Positions 1 to 12,089 of a stretch of 64,000 nt of DNA are shown here, in pieces. The stretch covers positions 269,415 through 333,414 of the forward strand of contig JAHLTZ010000030.1 of NCBI GenBank assembly GCA_025786725.1, given 5' to 3'. Within the stretch, counting starts at the first letter, position 1. Every line of letters begins with the position of its first letter. The DNA is from Syncephalis fuscata S228. Its lineage: Eukaryota; Fungi; Zoopagomycota. Made by a program: the position numbers and the translations under genes. The notes under the pieces were generated by a model. It saw nothing but the letters and a program-made list of their open reading frames with translations, was not told the DNA's origin and ran no database searches.

Positions 1-499
1 AAAGCACATTTAATAATTTGTTACTAGCAAGTAATGTGCCATCATGCTTTCTAGCAATTATTTATGCACAAAAATCAAGCAATACATCAACTCTATATAA
101 AAATGAAACTTGTGGCATTGTGATTGATTTAATTATTGTGTTTATTAGATGAAATACAATCCGGTCTTGATATAAAAAATATAAAGACGTGGTAAACAGG
201 TCATGCCAATTAATAAGCAATACGACCATATGGTAGACAAGTGCATGCAGAACAAGATTGAACAGATAAACAAAATGTCGAGCTATCAAAGCCGAAAGAA
301 CTGCCGGCATGATAAGCATAACTAGGTATATTAAAGCAAATTAAAGGGTGTTGTGTAAAAATTGTTTGCATTTAAAATAACAGCCATTTAGTTATTGAAC
401 CTAACCAGACAACTATTTTAGAAGATAGAAGTGTATATAAGTATGAATAAATATGTATAAAAGCAATTTTAATGGAACACAATATATGGAATAAAATGG

Positions 500-1130
500 C
501 GACTTACTGGTCGAACTGTACCTTGATTCCCACATCTGTTTCCAAAGTACAATCGTTCCAATCAGAGTCATACCGTTATTATGCACAACATAGTTATATT
601 ACTTCCCATTAAAATACTGTTAATAAGTTTATTTAAATAGACAATGTAACATACCATTTGATTCCATTGAAACATTTGAGGCCAATTATTGTGTTGTTGT
701 TGGCCATGTGTAGAAAGATTGATCAATATTAATAGAAGTCATATGATTGCAATTCCATGTCATTCCGCGTTTGTTGTTATTGTTGCTACATACAGCATGA
801 ATTATTGATCTAAATAATCTTTTCTATTTTCTAATATTCTACTATTACATTTTGGGCATATTTGTGATGTAAGATTAAGATTAATATAATTAGTATAAAT
901 GTCGTTTATTAAACAGCCACTTTTCTATCGCCAATCTGACTAAATAAATGACAATATATATATATTAAAGCAATAATGATATAACTAATTAATTACATTA
1001 TTTTATTGATAATTACACATGAATTAATTAGTGTTGGATGTAATATTATACATGGAATAGTGATGAGTGGATGTTTAATTGTGTCTAAAGTGTTGAGGGG
1101 TGAAATGAGTAAATAAAAAATGTGAGTCGA
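500..1130 (+). repeat. Dispersed repeat family B, copy 1 (~630 bp); inverted copy at ~62750-63385
   Basis: Blocks such as gtcattccgcgtttgttgttattgttgctacatacagcatgaatt and ccaatctgactaaataaatgacaatatatatatattaaagcaataat recur as reverse complements near 62.9-63.1 kb; boundaries approximate. Confidence 0.9.
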
Positions 1131-1198
1131 GATACGGTAGCTCCTAATCTAATTATAGTTCTTTCTTTACTTCTTACAGTCTAATCTTTATATTCGTC

Positions 1199-1993
1199 AT
1201 GACTTCCACGCTATTGCCATCTGCTATAGCAGTGGGAGGACTGGCCGGTGGAGACACGTCGCCTACAAGCGCGACTGCGACATCTCCCACTGGTAGTAGT
1301 AATGCTCCCATGTCAGTAGCATTAGGCCGCTCGTCTTCTAGCCATTCGTTACCGTCGCGTGCCGGACAAACGACATTTCGACGCGATCATTTCCAGTTTC
1401 TGCCTCGTCTAGCACAAATACTTGATCTAATCGCGTCGGGTGGCAGTGCAATTGAGGTTGCTAAAGCGGTAAACAACGTATTTTATATTAATAGTACATC
1501 AAACGCTAACAACACACGGTTATCTACGTATACTATATACTATATACTGTATACTGTATATAATAATATGATAACATTAGACCACTGAGTTAAATGATAG
1601 CTTCCAACGTTGTCTACAAACACTCGACGCACTACCAGGTGCCGATTTGACTCGAGAAGATCAACAGCAACGACTTGCCGAACGAACGGCTGAATTGGCA
1701 CAAAAACGGTAGATATATTTAATAGCGAGATGACATTCATATTACTAACATTTATTAGACAACAGCTAGATACTTATGCCAAGCTGGCAACATTACACTG
1801 GTCTATTTCTGCTTCAGATGTTGAAATACCCACAATTAGCAATGAGCTTGATACTAGCAGCAATCTACAAGTTGCTACAGATATTCCTATAGCTAATATG
1901 GATACATTCGCTAGTGAGCCAATACACGAGACAGTGGACGATCTCGATCCTATCATTTCAATTATGGATGAGGACGATGACATTAGCATATAA
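1199..1993 (+). CDS. MED9: Mediator of RNA polymerase II subunit 9 (3 exons)
   Basis: Exon 1 ends FLPRLAQILDLIASGGSAIEVAKA; intron 1469-1580; exon 2 TTELNDSFQRCLQTLDALPGADLTREDQQQRLAERTAELAQKR; second intron ~1709-1758; matches the Med9 helical pattern. Confidence 0.75.
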
Positions 1994-2088
1994 TGCCAAT
2001 TAATGTACAATAATAAAGTATCTATAAATTCAGTTTATTGAAAGTCTTCAATATAAACCAACCATGTTGACACAGCCAGAGTTCGACA

Positions 2089-3652
2089 TTAGTTCTGAAT
2101 CTGATATCCAGCCTCAGTCAACGACTGCTTCAATGCCTCTAGAGTTGTTTCAACATATTTACGCTGTGGCTCATATACAGAAATACCCATGTGTCTAGAC
2201 AACGGATGGAATGTTAGCTACAATCTACGTGTATCATTTCATTTTACATACCCAATGCGGAAGTATTTAGGAGCAATTTCTGGATGAAGACCTCCAGCCA
2301 TGACAACGCCATGGTTTGCCATACGTCCAAGTAAATCGACTGCAGCGACACCTTCTGGATAATAGACTGCAGTCATTGCATTGGCAGCCATTTCATTGGT
2401 TTGTGGCACCTAAAGAATGATGTAAAGATTAATAACGCCAATTAATGAAAAGTCCATTTGATGTCTTACCAATTTAAGACTCCAGCTCTGAACCAACTGT
2501 TTGACGTGCTTGCTAACTGCTACGTGTTCAGCAAATATCTTTTCCATACCGTGGCTAAGAATGATTTTTAACGATACATCCATAGCCATAATGAGCTGGA
2601 CTGGTGGAGTGCCAAAGTATGAGCCAGTGCGTTTCTCATAAGCATGCATGACTATAGAAAAATATCGTTAGTAGTTGGTAGATTAGCCATTGCCATAATC
2701 GTTCAATCGACTTACTAGGTAACCAGCGCTTCCATGAGGTGTAGTAGTTGGTGACTGGTGTCTTGCGGTTATGGAAAGTATTCTATAACCGACATTGCTA
2801 TTAATCATCTATGTTAAATCCATATGCCATAAACTTACCATAGCACGCTCACTTGCCAATACAACAGCTAGGCCTGGCGGTGTTCCAAGGCCTTTTGTCC
2901 TGCAGACATAACAACATCAATGCCCCAAGCATCCATATGGATGGTCTCAGCTGCTACCGAGCACACACCATCTACCTGTAATACATATAAATATAAACTT
3001 AATATCAAAGCATCAAAATAGCCATCGACCAATAGCTTACCAGAATCAACGTGTCCGGAGATACACGCTTGACTACTTCAGCAACTGCTTTAATATCCGT
3101 CAATACACCGGTTGATGTGTCGACATGTGTGAGGGTAATTAGACGGTATGGACCATCAGTGGTAAGTGCATGTTCAATGTCTTGAAGAGATGGACGACTA
3201 CCGACTGGTGCACGAATATAAGACACATTTGCACCGTAGACAGATAAACTAGAAATGAGCATTAATTATTAGCTACTCTTTAATATGATTATTACGTAAA
3301 TCAACTTACCATTCGCCCATACGATCTCCAAACAAGCCTGTATTATGGACAAGAGCCTTGTCACCTTGCTCTATCAAATTAGCAACAGCCAAATCCCAAC
3401 CAAGTGTGCCGCTGCCGGCCACAACGAATGGCTGGGCAGTCTTAGTAAGCAAAACATGGCGGAGATTTTCAAGAACACGACCAAAGCAATCGATAAAGTT
3501 AGGCGCGGTATGAGAGGTGGCCGGTGTGGCCATTGCGGCCAAAACATCCTCATGGAACTCCACGGGACCTGCAGTTACGATAAGTCGATATCTAAGCAAA
3601 ATCTGTATTTGTTCCTACCTGGAATCATGCAAAGCTTGTGAGGTGCAGCCAT
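2089..3652 (-). CDS. AGX1: Alanine-glyoxylate aminotransferase (class V PLP enzyme), multi-exon
   Basis: MIPGPVEF, GSGTLGWD, ITLTHVDTSTGV, VDGVCS, (Q)KGLGTPPG, YFGTPPVQLI, FRIGHMG motifs joined by GT-AG introns; 1-nt slip in the poly-A of the QK codons near 2895. Confidence 0.93.
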
Positions 3653-5084
3653 ACTGGATATTGCCTGAGTAAAGATGGACGCAGTTCGAACAAAAGGCAC
3701 AGGTAGATTACGAGGTGTATCAATCGCGGACGCGTCAATAAAGGCGGCCGAGGCATATAACAAGAAAAGAAACGAGGTAGCGTGGTTAGCGAGGCTTTTC
3801 GTTGATATTGTATTGCGCAGTTCATCCTATTGTACAAAAGCAAATAGCAAACACACACACACCGAAGGTGCTAGCACATTAGCAAGCTGAGTAAGACGAC
3901 GCTGTGCCACTGGGATCGAGGTATCCATATTGGTACGATAAAAAAGAAAGGTATAGACGAAAAGATGCAATTATTATAAACGACTGGAGCGACGATTGCT
4001 TGTGTTAAAGATAATTGTTACTAGTGTAGTAAAAGGAAATGGTACTATGCCAGAAAGCGGAAGAAGCGGAGAGGGTGGAGAGTTGTGGGCGTTTGCCAAA
4101 GTTGGTATGATCCACGTACACACAGACATCGGCCATCTTGCAAGCAGATGACATTTGTGCCGAGTACTATATAATAGTGTAGCAACAAAGACAAACGTCT
4201 AAGAGAGTGCTAAATGAACTACTGGCACGCAGCATTTGGCTGACTTGTGCGCATTTACTGTTTACTGCGACATATGTAAATCAATAGTATAAACAACTTA
4301 CCCGTTTCTAATCAGTGTTAAAAAGCTAGCGAGAACAAAACACAAGAAAAGATTAGAGCGTATGTAAATGTTAAACACAACCAAAGTTTTGTCCGTTTGA
4401 TTGGAAAAGCAAAAGTAATGAAATTGAAGTAGTATGAGAAACAGAGATAGCCGCTGATGACGCAATGATTTGACTTGATTAAATTGTGTTTAAACAATCA
4501 TTTACAATAAATATTAATGTAACATCATCATTCGCAATAAACATTAGTATAATGTAATAACATCATCATTTTCATGAAATACAATTAAATGTAATAGGAC
4601 ATTGTATTAGTAGTTGCTATTTTAAACATTTATTTTACTCAAGTGGCGCGTTAGGTATAACCATTTATACTAATCTTTCTTATTAACTCTTTCTTTCTCT
4701 ATTGATGGATCACTGTTTAATTACAAATACAAAGGCGTAGTTTAGAATAGATTATTTACAAGTATTTTATTTAACACTCGATAAACACTGTTGCTTATAT
4801 ACTGAATCTAATGCTTAAAAGTTTAGCTGTCGATTATAACATCATGCTCTATGATAATGACATTTGTTTACACATTAATATCCATCCTTCATATTTTACT
4901 GATGACATTGTTCCATAATTATATTTGCTTTTATGCAATTGATCTTTATTCTTTCTTTTATTCATCACTTGAACAATTCCCTCATCTGTATTTCAATTTG
5001 TTCATAGTCTTTTTATGTACAATGCCATTCAATTTATGGTTGTATATATTACATTATTTATTAATTAAATAAAATAACTATTTT

Positions 5085-5290
5085 TGCATTAAACAATTTA
5101 TTAGTCATTTAATGTGATTTGGGGTAAATAACTTTTTTGTCAATATTTGCGCAATTGAACTGCACACTCAACCTATTGAACATGGAACTGAATGGTAAGT
5201 GACATTAAATAATCAAATTATAACGCTTTGAATACTTTACAGTGACAATAATAGGGATTAGCATTTATTTATTTATCATATTTTATTGTA
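5085..5290 (+). repeat. Repeat family A, partial copy
   Basis: tgcgcaattgaactgcacactcaacctattgaacatgg...ggtaagtgacat core at ~5148-5205. Confidence 0.75.
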
Positions 5291-5912
5291 AGTAACATGA
5301 AATACTATTTAATATCTATTTTGATATTGAAAATAGTGCAAATTAATTGAAAACAGCAACCAAACATTGAGTGCTACAATTCTCATGCGACTTTCATTAT
5401 TATGAATGGACTTGGTATTTTGTACCTCGGAATTAAGATACAACCAATGCATTGGTTTCGGCAACACAAATTCACCGAATTCATTCAACGCCTTAGCACA
5501 TATGTATCTATCCGCATGTATTATAGATTTTTCTAATAATTCGGTGTTCTAGCGTACTTATCTCTCGCGCGCACAAACCATATTTGTTCAAATTGATATA
5601 AATGGATGACTAATCTGATTACATAGTAATATATAAGCAAGATGGGGTATAAATATGAACGCTTTCGTTATTTTGGTAACATATTAATAAAGGCCTTGAT
5701 TGAAGATATTAAACAGGTTTTTGTTTAATGCATACCAATATCTTGGCCTGCTATTTCGAGCCTGTCATTTCATATACTTGTTAACTTTCGCCTTTTGTTA
5801 ACAAGCTCACTTTATCGTTTATTTTATTTTATCTTTGCAAATACACGCTGTCTAACTTCCATTGTTTTACTACCTACATCGGGTAGGATATTGCGTTTGT
5901 AAACGCTGTACG

Positions 5913-6940
5913 ATGGAACAATCTAAAGGTGTTACAACGTTTTGGGGAATACCTTTACACCCACTTGGAGAACTCGGCGCGACTGATTATGTATTTGAGT
6001 TTCCTGAAAACTATAGTCTGATACGAGAACGTACACACGGATTAATGTGGCAGCTGTTTTTCTCGGCAGTCTTCAATATGATATTATATATAATGTGGGG
6101 CAATCCATTCGAGTGCTGCTACTTCGACCGCGTGCTCTATCGGTTGGCTTGTTTACTATCGTCATCGTTGGCTGTATCTTCACTTACATATGCTGTTCTT
6201 TCGGCTTATCTGATATAATTAATTGTAGAAAAATTATATGGTACACTTTTACGAGTGTCATCGTCTCTTCCATGTGTAATAGTGCTATTATTGTGCAGCG
6301 TACCTATGTGATTCTTCTTCGCAAGCGCTGGGTATTAGCCTTAGGCTTCTTAATTATACCATCGCAACTGTGTTTTTTTATTTATAGTCTGATGATGGCA
6401 CCAATCACAATTACTACCACAATTGGTTGCCTACTCAATTATGATAACATGACCTCACTCTTATGGACCTTAGTGACAGTCCCAATCAACGCTTTTCTGT
6501 CGGCAATATTCGTCTATGTTGCCTTTAACAGTATAAAGTTCATAAAGTTAATGCATGGAAAGAGCTAGCTCATCATGACCTTCAAATATTATGTATAACC
6601 GTAGTATTCAGGATATTATGTGGACTAGCCACCATTTTTCGCATTGATGGAGATTACTCGGAACTCTTTTTTATTATTGACTGGTAGGTATTTATTTATT
6701 TTTTGTATAATATGTGTTTTAATATTAACTAGGGTGTTTTCATCAACGGCTGTAACACACAATTGTCAAGCTAGTTTTAATGGTATCAGCAAATTTATTA
6801 GCTCAAAACCTTTACATCCTATTGATCACGAAGACGGTGAACCAAAGTCTACCGTAGCAGAGGCAGTTTTAGGAAATAGACATAGTATCCAATCTAGTGT
6901 AGGCTCTAACTCACGTTTAGCAGTTACCAGCCATTTGTAA
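5913..6940 (+). CDS. Multi-pass (about 7TM) GPCR-like membrane protein, frameshifted in this assembly
   Basis: Hydrophobic segments spread over ORFs 5862-6218, 6047-6568 and 6644-6940; N-terminal WGIPLHPLGEL; Cys before putative TM3 (INCR), QRTY at its end, extracellular GC; intron ~6685-6732. Confidence 0.6.
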
Positions 6941-7409
6941 CCTATAAATGCTGACGCTGTACTATAATTACAATTATTAAGAGTAATAAAAAATAAAATG
7001 ATAAATCGGTAATAAATAGTAATATATGTGTACAAATCTATAGTGCAATATCGCTAAATTTAACAATTTATCTAATAATAAACAAGTATTGAGCGTTTGA
7101 TAACAGCATTATACTAGCTGAAACCGTCTTTTGAAAGATTCTATCGCATATAATCGGTTTTCAATTAATACAATTTTAATGTTTTAAAAATGAAATTGTT
7201 TGCTTTTGACTGGTACTGGTTCTTCCATAGAATAAAACCAATCAAATCTGATTTATGGTTTTAGATATTGTTTAGCTCAGCTAATATTAATTTTGAATCG
7301 TTTATTTAGTTAACAACAAAAATGATCAGCTACCGTTACCTTGGACGTGGCGGCAATCTTTTTCTTTAACTACCAAAGCAACATCGATATCTTACACTTT
7401 TCAGTCGTA

Positions 7410-8740
7410 ATGAATTCTACAACTAAAAATATGCGCCAGCAGGATTTGGACAAGCAGTTTAACCTTGCGTGCACTATTATACGTGACTGTCAGCGCCCAG
7501 CACGTTGGAACGGTGGATCCAAGGACACCAGACTGCCGCGACTGCCACTTTCAGATAGTAACGCAGTGAGTATTGCCATAATACTCGGGCTAATAACATT
7601 AACCTGTATTTAGCTTTATGGGCTTTTTAAGCAAAGCACTGAGGGAGATTGCCTTTGTCCACGTCCCGGAAGATTGGATATACTTGGTCGAGGCAAATGG
7701 TAGGCTTTAAACGGACAAATAAAAAGAAGATAACTTGAAAATTAGGTTGCCAGGGATGCATGGAAATCACTGATAGGACTATCAACTGAGGAAGCTAGGC
7801 GACAATACATTAGCTACACTATTAATGCAAGTAATTATTAATTGTCGCAACTGTTTTTGAATTACTGGTTAATACTTAATATCGTGTAGTATTTACGAAA
7901 TCACGATAGCTATTCTCGAGCCTGCATACTGCTTACTCAACTAAACGATCTTTCCGGTTCCACATCGTCAGTTGAGGCTACAGATTCAATCAAAACAAAT
8001 TTAAACAAGAGTACTGACGAAACAGTAATAGATATGAAGACGCCTAACGAGGCCAATAAAAGTATTAGCGAAAAGCCTGACAGTCCTCCGTCAATAAAAG
8101 ACGGTATGTTATTGTTTTATTTTAAGCTATATCTAAGTAATGACACTTTATTTGCAGAACTAAAAACGACTCAATACAAAAAACCAGCTGCCAAACATAA
8201 AAAAAGTCAAACAGATGATTTAAAAACCACTCATGATACACTATTGGCCTTAGAGGAACGATTGCAGCACATCAAGCAGGCTGAGCAAACGCTCGAGAAA
8301 CTGCAAACCGAACTGGCTGCGATCCAGGAACACATAGCACAGCATAAACACGATGAAGATGAGCGTCGTAGAATTGAAAAATTAAAAACAACAGGACCAC
8401 GCAGTTGGTTACGTGTAAGTAATTAGGCTACATTTAATACTTGTTTATTCATCGGCTACGTTAGGCATTGGTTCGACATGCTTTTATCCATTCCGCATTG
8501 CTCGTGATTTCGTTGTTAGCATACCGACTAACCACCTCCACTCAGCCAACTGAAGCCATCAGCATTTTTAATACTACCGCCATTAATTCAAGTATAGCTA
8601 GTGCGACTCCTGATGTAGAGTCGGCGATCGGTCGACCTGCATGGCCGCTTTCAATGTTTGTACGCTGGATAGACCGATGGCTAGCACAGCTATCAGAAAC
8701 CATTCGACGTTTTCTTAATCTACAAGCTGCTCGCCAGTAA
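7410..8740 (+). CDS. Acyl-CoA-binding domain protein with coiled coil and C-terminal TM (ACBD5/Atg37-like)
   Basis: Spliced ACB motifs LYGLFKQSTEGDC, GRGKW/DAWKSLIGLSTEEARRQYI; coiled coil LLALEERLQHIKQAEQTLEKLQTEL; hydrophobic AFIHSALLVISLLAY. Confidence 0.85.
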
Positions 8741-10842
8741 TTTGTCATTGAGTTTACAGTTTCAATATCTAAGCAATTATATATTAAATCTAACGCCGAA
8801 TACCTCGTAAACAATATAGCAAACTGTTTATGGTCCGTAACTATAATTAAAAACAATAATATTTACTATACATACACCATGACTTTATAACATTTACTTT
8901 AGCTTAGCTTAAATTGCACTGTTAATGATATTGTAGCTGTTTTAATATATTTAATATAAAGCATGCACAACAATCATTTAGTATAAACCTATGTTGATTT
9001 GAACGTCGCTATATTATTATAGCTAGTAAATTTAATTTTAAACTATAATCATGATTGAAAGTATAATGTTTATTTTATTATAAATCAGCAAACTGCTATA
9101 GCTACTTTAATCAATATAAAAGCAGCGTAATAATCCTAATAGTCAATTCCAATAGATCTTGCAAATAGCAGCACAGTATAAATCTTGGCATTTCATACAG
9201 TTGCAGAATATTAATGTGGCTTTATTAAAATTGTTTTTTTTGGCTTATTCAATAGTAATAATTAATTGTTGTTGGGCTAATCCACATTTACACATACACT
9301 TGTTTTTTCAGCAGATACCTTTTTTACATGTTGAAAGTAGCCCAACTTTTTTATTAAAACCGCAAGTCTAATCTTTTTTATTACCATTATCAAAAACGAT
9401 CGCAATAAAAGAACCAACATTGATATTTATATAACTAATTACAATAGTACTTACAAGCTTTATTAGTAAAAATAACAATTTTAGATGATAAAAACAAACA
9501 CGCTAGCAGCCGCAACAGTTAATGAAAACTTGAAAGATTTTATATTAATATTTTTATAAAATATACTAGATTTGTAATTATAGCGCTAAAATTCTGTACA
9601 AATAAAGTTGTATAAAACAGTACTGATTGCTTAAAATGATGATGATAATGGTATGGCGGTAACGTTGAATGTTGTAAAATAATCCAAGGTTGCCCTTTTT
9701 ATATTGTAACAAAAGCGCAGATTTGATGTTACGCCCATTTTTTATTTTTGACACAGTACACTCATCTTTATTCATTTTTACCCCAGTTTCTTACTATATT
9801 CTACCTCTTTCTTTGCTTTTGATCTAAAGACTATGCGGAGACAGATATCTTAGTTCGCGCGAATATAAAAAGTGCGCTAATTAAGACGCTTTATTAAAAA
9901 TTATTTTGCGTTTATCTTTGGATTTAATCATATTATTTGCCTGGCTTATATTTTATTGTAATAATACTCGCACAATGTTTAAAACTGTTACGACAAATAT
10001 TGTTAACAGCACATTATTAATAGTTGTTTGCTTGTTGTTGGTAATTAGCGCTGATATTAATATGCGCATTATTCTTTCAACATTTGCATGTAACATTAAC
10101 AGATCATCTAGTTACATTATTATAATAATATGCTTATTAAATACTCATTAACTGCGATAATATTATATGAACTGAAGCGGTACTTAATAGTGAGATGTCT
10201 CAAAAAATTCAATCATTATTATTAGTTATATTTAATATAAAATGATAGCTTTAATAAATAAAAATAAAAATAATTAGTTTTAGTCCCATTGTTACAAAAC
10301 CAGATATATGGTATTGTAAGGTGGGCTAAACAACAAAATAAGAGGAAGAGTAATGGAAATGGCTTAGTCAGTGTGTGTATATTAAGTTAATAAAAATTAT
10401 TAATTTAATAGCTTAACAACTCTTATTACCAATAAATAGCTTTATTCAGTAGTTTAAAACAGAAGTCTCAACTGTATAAATCTGAAAGTAAGCTAAAAGT
10501 AATTGGAAGTAAAAAAGTTGTTTATTTAATGTTTGGCCGGCAGTATTAAGTATTTATAATACTGCCGGTAATTAAACGGCGAATAAATGAAATGAACCCT
10601 GACGAGAAAACCTTAATTAAGGTACAACGAAGCTTAAACTGAACATTGTTGAATCATTTAATTTGGTCCATAATAACAACATCAAAAACTAAGATCAGTC
10701 TAAAGTAAATCGGAAGCATTATACAGTGCCAAAACAAGTATAAAAGCGACTTAATATACATAAAGCCGATGTACTGTTGCAGTTTATGCCATAGATATAC
10801 AGATAGCTTAGATCTCCGTTAACTAATATTTAAACGTAAGCT

Positions 10843-11465
10843 GCATTTTGACTAAATTTTATTGAAAATTTTTTTGTTCTATATTTATATTAAATGGTAC
10901 AACCGAACATGGAGAATGCGAATCCGGCAATGATTTTGTTGTGTTTTAAATATATAGGCCATAAGCGGTATAAAACTGTTGTGTTTGCACGTTTATTAGT
11001 GTATCGGCATAACCATTGAGTCAGTATGCAATACAAGTGTACTACACTTTGTCAATAGCTATCTATTTGTCATAGGTATATGTGTGCAAAATATCACACA
11101 GTTTGCTTCATTGTAAGTAAAGTTATACATATTATTAACAACGCTTACTGAACGTATTAAAAAACGTAAATTACATTTTGACTATTTTTTTTGTAAAAAT
11201 CATTATTATATAATTTATACCATACAGTATATTTAAGCATGGAGAACTCAAATTCGGCAATAATCTTGCTATCTTTAAGTATATATGCTATGGCCGACAA
11301 GAAACCGTTGTTTTTACGCATTTATTAGCGTATTAATACGATTACTACATCATCACGTAATACAATTGCAGTATAATTTGCCAATAGCTATCTATATATT
11401 ATAAGTACATTTAGATAAAATATCATACATTTTGCTTACAATGAAGCAAAATTATACATAATCAT
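10843..11465. repeat. Degenerate tandem duplication, period ~330 bp
   Basis: cattttgacta...catggagaa...cggcaat...caatagctatctat...tttgctt occur twice, ~330 bp apart (e.g. catggagaa at ~10908 and ~11238). Confidence 0.8.
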
Positions 11466-12089
11466 AGTAACTTTTATTAATTAAATGATTGCTATTATTT
11501 TTAATACGCATTCCATTGTATTTTACTATTTAATTGTATAAACACTTTATTATTAATGTATAATAGTTTTGGATCAAATAGCGCTGGAGAGAATAAAGTG
11601 GGTATGAGAATTATAATATTTATTAGAATTTATATGTTGTTAAGCTAATTTGTAATTATGATATTTGTTAGTATATGTATTAAAAGTGTTAAATGCGCGT
11701 TTTTTATATTAGAAAATAATTAAAAGATTGTCAGTGATCATACCAATCTTATTTATAAAAATTCAATGAAGGCGGTGTGATTAATATTGCTATAATTCTA
11801 CCACGAGTAAACAATTGCAAGAACAAACATATAGCTATAAACTAGATGTCTATTTGTTTATTGTGTTTCGCATATTTTTTAGCATAGAATGAAATTATTA
11901 TTTTTCTTTGAGCATAAATTGATATTTAGTACAACTATTATAATGTTTTTTATAAATATTACACACTAGCTTTAATAAACAAAATAAAACGACAATTAAA
12001 AATTTTAACACACTAATTATTTACAATTAAAAAGACAATAAAATACAATGAACAATTAAAGCTATTTATTGTTCCAGTAGACGAGCATG

